DNA of 63,001 bases, the filler included, from Collodictyon triciliatum (taxonomy: Eukaryota): the NCBI GenBank assembly GCA_043381765.1. It is 5 parts of 5 records of this genome, joined end to end, with 100 filler letters (N's around TTAATTAATTAA, not from the genome) between each part and the next. Parts side by side here need not be neighbours in the genome. Positions count along the whole stretch, not along the records: positions 45,797 to 60,930 come from JBHJMP010001710.1; positions 61,031 to 63,001 come from JBHJMP010001882.1; 3 more parts are not named here. One strand, given 5' to 3'. The position numbers and the translations under genes were made by a program. Position 1 is the stretch's first letter. Every line of letters starts with the position of its first letter. This document shows, piece after piece, positions 56,756 to 63,001 of the stretch. The notes beneath the pieces are model-generated. The model was given only the letters and a program-made list of their open reading frames with translations, did no database searches and was not told where the DNA came from.

Positions 56756-58228
56756 CGAATATCAGACACGGAAGGAATCATCATTTCGAACGATTCGACA
56801 ATCCTTTTGTTTATCATCATATGACCAAGGAATTCCCTTCGTTACTTTATTTTGTTTTTTATTTATTTTTATTGATACTCGACATGGAATTATTACCCTC
56901 TTGTGCGGTTTTTGTGATCTCTATATTATGCACAGCAAGTCTCATCAGATTGATCACATCCACGAATCTTTCATCCCATAATCATCTAAGTCAATCTATT
57001 CTTAAAATAATAATAATAATAATAATAACGCGGCTGCGCAACACTCACCGCCCATGTTTCTATTCTGTCATCACGTATCGCAAACAACATCGATTGAAAT
57101 ACGCGAACTGAGGAAAAACAAAAATCGTCTTCAAGGGATCTTTTTTTTTTCTCTCCACCTCGTGCGATGTTACTCTCCAGTTGCTAATACCAATAAGACC
57201 TTCTACATTTATTCATTCACAACTTCTCTATACAAGTCGAAGTGATTGCACAAAAAAGCATTACTGAACATACCAAGTAAAAATTAAAAAAAAAAAAAAG
57301 ACTAAAGCAATTATTCGTATCTATATCTTTCCGTTCAACACCCGTGAATCAAAGAGCTTTGCTCTGAAATGATTGTCGAAAGCCTGTCTTCTTTGTCCCA
57401 TCCCATCATTCCAATTCAAAGTAGACTTTGCTACAGAGAAGCTTTCGTCGCTGATGGACTCTCGGTCGAGCGATTATGTGCCGATGAAACGAATTGGATT
57501 AAGAGAGAAGCAAATAAAGAAAGAATGGAGTAATACGTAGAAACCATGACTTAATCGAAGGACCACCTCAAACAAACGCTTCTTTCCTACTCGAATACAA
57601 CTCGCCTTTCACTATTTTAATCCCAGCACACTCAAGTAGCAGGCACAACACCTCTTCGGCAGCAGACTTTCCCTCTCGGCCTCGATTTCGCTCTCTTCCT
57701 TTCTTTTCTTTCTTTTCTTTCTTTCTTTCTTTTCTTTCTTTTCTTTCTTTTCTTTCTTTTCTTTCTTTTCTTTCTTTTCTTTCTTTTCTTTCTTTCTTTC
57801 TTTCTTCAAGAACGCGACTCGACCAGCTAACTCCCCTCTTTCCTAAAACCGAAGGCAAGGAACACTCACAAACTTTATTTGGTTGAGGAGAATATTCAGT
57901 AAAATCCCCACTCCCAATCTTTTTCTTTTTCTTTTTCTTTTTTCTAATCCTTTCTTTTCTTTTCTCTTTTCCACTGTTCTTATATCATTCAAGACAAGCA
58001 TATAGCAGCAAATTGAAATCAAAGACCATCCCTTACCATCCTGAACGAAATCGCAACGCCCAAAGAGAAGGCATCCAAGACACGCCAACGGCAACTGGCT
58101 ACTTTTCCTGCTGCGCCTCCTCGCTCATCCGTCTCTTCCTGTTCCTCTTTCTCACACACACATATATATATATCATTCTCCCTCATGGAATTTTCCCCCA
58201 CAGCGACTTGTCTGCCTTCTCTGTCTGC

Positions 58229-58551
58229 ATGGCCCAGAACCCGCCACAGGCCTCTGCTCCAAAGGAGAGTCTCCCATCGATTTCCCAGCTACTGCACCAC
58301 TTGCACGTGGAGAAATCGCCGGAAATGTCGCCCTCCGCACAAATCGCCGCAGCACCGCAGCAGCCATCCTCTGCCTCGTCAACGCCATCATCCAAGTCTC
58401 CATCCGACTGCAGAAAACTCTCTCTCGCCTTCCTTCTCACAACTGATGAGCCCGTCATTCAGCAGAGCGCGGCCAAAGGTGATACTCGTCCTCTATGATA
58501 AGCTGTGATTGACTGATTGTACTTGTTCATCATTATTTATTTATATACTTC

Positions 58552-58643
<92 letters not shown>

Positions 58644-59966
58644 TGTCACAATAAACTCATCCCCTCCTGGTAGCCTATTCTCCGATCAACCGCTCAATCA
58701 ATTAAGCAATTAAATCGATAAGACAAAGTCTGGGAAATGCCTTTATAAATAGTAACCATGAAATAAATAATCGCAGATATAGAGTCGTCCTCATGCTCCA
58801 CGGCCGCCCCAAAAGCGCCAAGACTGGACACAGACTTTATCATGCGTAATATTCGGCCAAACGAGCCATCTCTGTCTACCAAGGAGCCCAATAAAGGCAG
58901 AAAGGTAACAGCAAAAGCCGTTTCAAAACGTCCTTCGCGAAGAAAGGACACAACTCTCGAAGACGCTGATATTGTACAGAGTATCCTTCAGACCATCGAT
59001 AAAAGTGCTCCCATATCACCAAACCAGATAACTAGTACTAATTCATATCATACCCTCCCTTCTTTTTTTTAGTCCCTCTTCTAGTATTGTTTCCGGCCAA
59101 CTCTTTGCATTATTTTGTTCTATGACATACCTATTAATACGAATATGTGCCTTCGCTTATTGTGTGTTTGTGTTTTACCTCAAGTGTGTACAAAACCAAA
59201 AAGAAAATAAGAGAAAGAGAAGAAAAGAATAGAAAAAAATAAGCCCAATAAATATTAACAGCTAAATTAAATATCCAGTTACAAAGAGCATTCCCGGGCC
59301 AAGCACCCACGTAGAAAGCTCCCTCGTGCCTACTTTGTCTCTAAGCCGATCTCCTCTACCAGTTCCTCCTCAAATCAGACTTCAATCCATCGATTCGCTG
59401 GTAGTTCAAAGCGCGGACAGTGATTTCCCTCAATTACACGCACAATTGCAACCCCGTTATGAGTTCGCGGGAGTCACAGCCACGAAACACTTTGAGCCTG
59501 TATACTCAATAGGAGGCAAGTGCAACTTATCCACCACTTTTCCCAACACCGTCGCTCTATCTTTGGCAGATAAAACCTGTAAACAAACGGGGTTTATTTG
59601 CCTCATTTTCTGCATTTTTTATCTCTATTTATAGGGCCACCATAATCAGGCACCCTTGGTATCTCCCTCTGAATTTCTTTTCTCTCTTTTCTATATTTAC
59701 GCGAACTTGTCTTAGCTGCCACCAACATGAAGCCAAGGATTCAACCGGGGGCGAACAGCTCGCATCCAAAAGCTTCAGAAAGGGACAATTACTTTCGCTT
59801 TCCTGCGCAGAGCTCTTTCACTCACTACGACTTCAAACCCAAGGCGGAGACATCTAGAAAAGGAGCGCCACAATCCACTCGCAACGAACATGATTCCCAG
59901 CCCTCACCTCCTGGCGGAGATGCTTCTTTTTCGGCTACAGGTCGACAGTATCATTCGGCCAAATGA
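58229..59966 (+). CDS. Hypothetical low-complexity (S/P-rich) protein, multi-exon
   Basis: GC-richer exons at ~58229-58479, 58777-58975, 59280-59520 and 59717-59966 with GT/AG boundaries. No globular domain recognised. Confidence 0.55.
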
Positions 59967-60559
59967 CCGGCTGTGTCACATAAGCTTTTTCTTTCTGTTT
60001 GAATGATTCTCTCTTCTTTGCTCTTGCGTTGTATCTTTGGTATTTATAGACGTTCTACTTCATACATTTTGGAGATAATGTCTACGAGGAACATAATTTT
60101 GCATTCTGTCGTTCTATTTTCTATTAGGATTCTTTTCTCCTATCTACCTTTTCTATCCATATCATTTCTTCAGGCCTTGGGCATCAATACTCTCTCTAAT
60201 ATTTGAATCAATCCCTTGCATGCCTATTTTTATTTTTGAAAAAGAAGTTGTGTACCACTTCAGATTCCATTCATAATAATAATCGATACCTTCATTCGAC
60301 ACATCACTGTGATTAGATTCGCTCGAATAAATGTCCGTACCATCATTTATACTTGGTCTGGGAAAAAAAAGAACAGAGAAAAAACAGCTCGTTTGATAGT
60401 TAACCGGACGCACACTTGCATGAACTATGCGAAAATGAAACACACTTAAAGCCCATGTTATTGTTTGAACCTATTGCGTCTGACATCAGCACACGTTCGC
60501 CGATTTAATTTTTTGCTCGATAATCACCACCGGTCATCACACCCAGCAAAGTGCCCAAT

Positions 60560-60930
60560 CACCTTTATTCTTTTGGAGAAGCACACAAAACACACACAAG
60601 AAGCGGCTTCATACAGAGCAGAGTCAGCAATCAAATCTCCTCTGTACAATGGAAAGGCGCCAGGACCAGATAGGCTGCCCAACGGAATATACTCTGCTTT
60701 CTTTAATGAGGTCAAGTAATTCTTGGTGGCTTTTCTGAATGGAATCATGTCTGGTGGCGACCTACCGCAAGGATTTACAGAAGCAATTGTGCGTCTGATA
60801 CTAAAGAAAGGAAACTCGAGTAATCTTGCAGACTGGCGGCCAATATCACTGTTGAATAACGACTATAAGATATTTACGACGCTACTCAGAAATCGCATAT
60901 CACCCATCGCTGACAAACTCACATCCAAAG
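60560..60930 (+). mobile_element. LINE (L1/Tx1-like) reverse transcriptase fragment, truncated by the contig end
   Basis: KAPGPDRLP..Y, IVRLILKKG, WRPISLLNNDYKIFTTLL; in-frame TAA at 60717. Confidence 0.9.
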
Positions 60931-61030
60931 NNNNNNNNNNNNNNNNNNNNNNNNNNNNNNNNNNNNNNNNNNNNTTAATTAATTAANNNNNNNNNNNNNN
61001 NNNNNNNNNNNNNNNNNNNNNNNNNNNNNN
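60931..61030. other. Artificial contig linker
   Basis: N run with TTAATTAATTAA. Confidence 0.98.
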
Positions 61031-61102
61031 AAAAAAAAACTTTTTTTTTTCAAGAAAAATAATAATAAACCAAAAAAAAAAAAAAAAAAAAGGAAACAAA
61101 GG

Positions 61103-61885
61103 ATGGATCCACACGAGAGTTGTGTTGGGTTGGTAGATTGGTCGAAGGAACAGGGCGCTTTTGTCGGACCTGTTCGAGTAGCAACAGGTTCTCGAGGACG
61201 CGGCCTGTTTGCTACACGCCATATTGCGGTCCGTACCAATTACAGTTTCCTTATTTTTTTATTTTTATTTTCGATTTTATCACTTTCGTCTTTTTTTCTT
61301 TTCTTTACAATCCTTTAAGCGGTCAAATACATCTCACTGCTGCTTCTTGTCATGGGTCCAAACTGTAATGATATTGCTCCGTACAAAAGGCTGGAGAGAC
61401 GATTCTTTCGATACCCGAGAAGATGATTATCACACCCAGGAACGTCGCCTTGGATAGAAACCATTCTGTTGCGTTATCTGGTTATGCGCGTGTCATGGTT
61501 TTCTTGATAGAGCAGAAGTATGCGTTATCAAGCCCATGGAAGACATATATAGGTACTCACACCTACATTTATACACGAAATATAAATACTTGTCACTAAG
61601 TAGTAAAATTTTTTGTTTCCTTTTCACCTTACGAACAAACTTTAGATTCTCTTCCGACCAAAATTGACTCGTCTGTTTTCTTTGAGCATGAAGGAATTAG
61701 AAAGATAAAAAGTGTGCGGCATAAACGTAAGCAGATAAATATGTAACTTGCACGGTTCATAAACATCACCTTTAACATATTTGAATATAATTATTTTCAA
61801 TTAATTGAAGGATGGATTGAGAAGCAGCACCATAAAATATTGTTTTTGGTAGATTGCGTCAGGAGAGTCGTAAATGTATATTGCT

Positions 61886-61922
<37 letters not shown>

Positions 61923-62931
61923 TTGTTTGTTTGTTTGTTTGTTTGTTTGTTTGTTTGTTTGTTTGTTTGTTTGTTTGTTTGTTTGTTTGTTTGTTTGTTT
62001 GTTTGTTTGTTTGTTTGATTGGTTGGTTGGTTGATTGTCTAAGAAATAAAAAAGTTATTTGTGTCGATATCCTGATTATTAAAGTAATATGAATTCATAT
62101 TCAGCTGTCCGAAAGTCATAAATGCTCTGAAACATTTATCGATGACTGTAAATGGGCTTATTCTGCATTAATGTCCAGAACGATGTATATGAAGGTTTGA
62201 TACTGTGTTAACCCCATTTTATGGTTGAATGTAATCATTATTCTGACAGTTAAGTCAGAGATTAAGTTATTTGTTCAATGAGAAAATCATCATCAGATAA
62301 GCGTTGAAAACGATGACAACTTTGGTTTGGTTCCCCTGGCTGATATGCTAAACCATGATAATGAAGCGCATGTATTAACTAAATCAAAGCTCTAAATCCT
62401 CATAAATTAATTGTAGTGACTTTTTTTTTTACCAAGCCCAAAAGAAAAAGTTGGTTTTCATAAGGTTTCTTAACTAGTTGAAGGCAGAATTCAACCATGA
62501 AAACAAGTGCTATCAATTCATATTGGTGCATGATTGCCTTGAAGGAACAGAGGTATCTTATTTAGGTTATGAAGGATCAAGATAGTATCTTGAAATTCTA
62601 TGATTTTTTTTTTGTATTCCTATCTCACGACCCATCTTCTCCAAAAAATTCTTTTTTCTTCCTTTGGTTCAAAAACCAAAGATTCTTGTAAACTACGGGA
62701 TACACTCTAACAAAAAGCTGTTCAAAAATTACGGTAAATACACAAGTTAATTATGTAGTGCAGAGCTTTCACTTTATTCTGACTATAATACCTCATGCAA
62801 ATATAATAGGATTCATATTGGAGGACAACACATATGACCAAATAAGGGTCGAGTGGAGTTTTCCTGAACAGAATGTCCAGTCTCAAAAAATATTTTTCGA
62901 AAATGGATTCGGAAATGGGTAAAATCTTTAA

Positions 62932-62971
<40 letters not shown>

Positions 62972-63001
62972 TTTTTTCTTTTTTTTTTTTTTTTTTTTTT
63001 T
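61103..63001 (+). CDS. SET-domain protein lysine methyltransferase (Rubisco-LSMT/SETD3/4/6 class), partial
   Basis: Exons encode LVDWSKEQGA..GRGLFATRHIA, GETILSIPEKMII, SPWKTYI, WAYSALMSR and LVPLADMLNH. The gene probably continues beyond the window. Confidence 0.85.

Overview
Eukaryotic (protist-like, probably flagellated given LRRC51), intron-containing, AT-rich DNA using the standard code. The window is a pseudo-scaffold of five contig pieces joined by artificial N-TTAATTAATTAA-N linkers; the three complete ones are ~15.1 kb each. Contig 1 holds a decayed LINE and a ~2,800-aa gene: signal peptide, 21 WD40 repeats, a long Cys-rich (GCC2/GCC3-like) tandem stalk and a multi-pass membrane domain, with one 2-bp frameshift. 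Contig 2 holds two paralogous LRR genes, a decayed TPR/pentapeptide/WD40 gene and a calponin-homology gene fragment. Contig 3 holds a CAMK-like kinase, kinesin-8 and a UBE2C-like E2. Contig 4 holds a type-II-like persulfide dioxygenase, an orphan ORF, LRRC51, a low-complexity protein and a LINE RT fragment. Contig 5 holds the start of a SET-domain methyltransferase. The best novelty candidate is the secreted WD40 surface receptor. Its outermost repeats are near-identical in DNA yet vary at the positions diversified in fungal HET-E-type NLRs.
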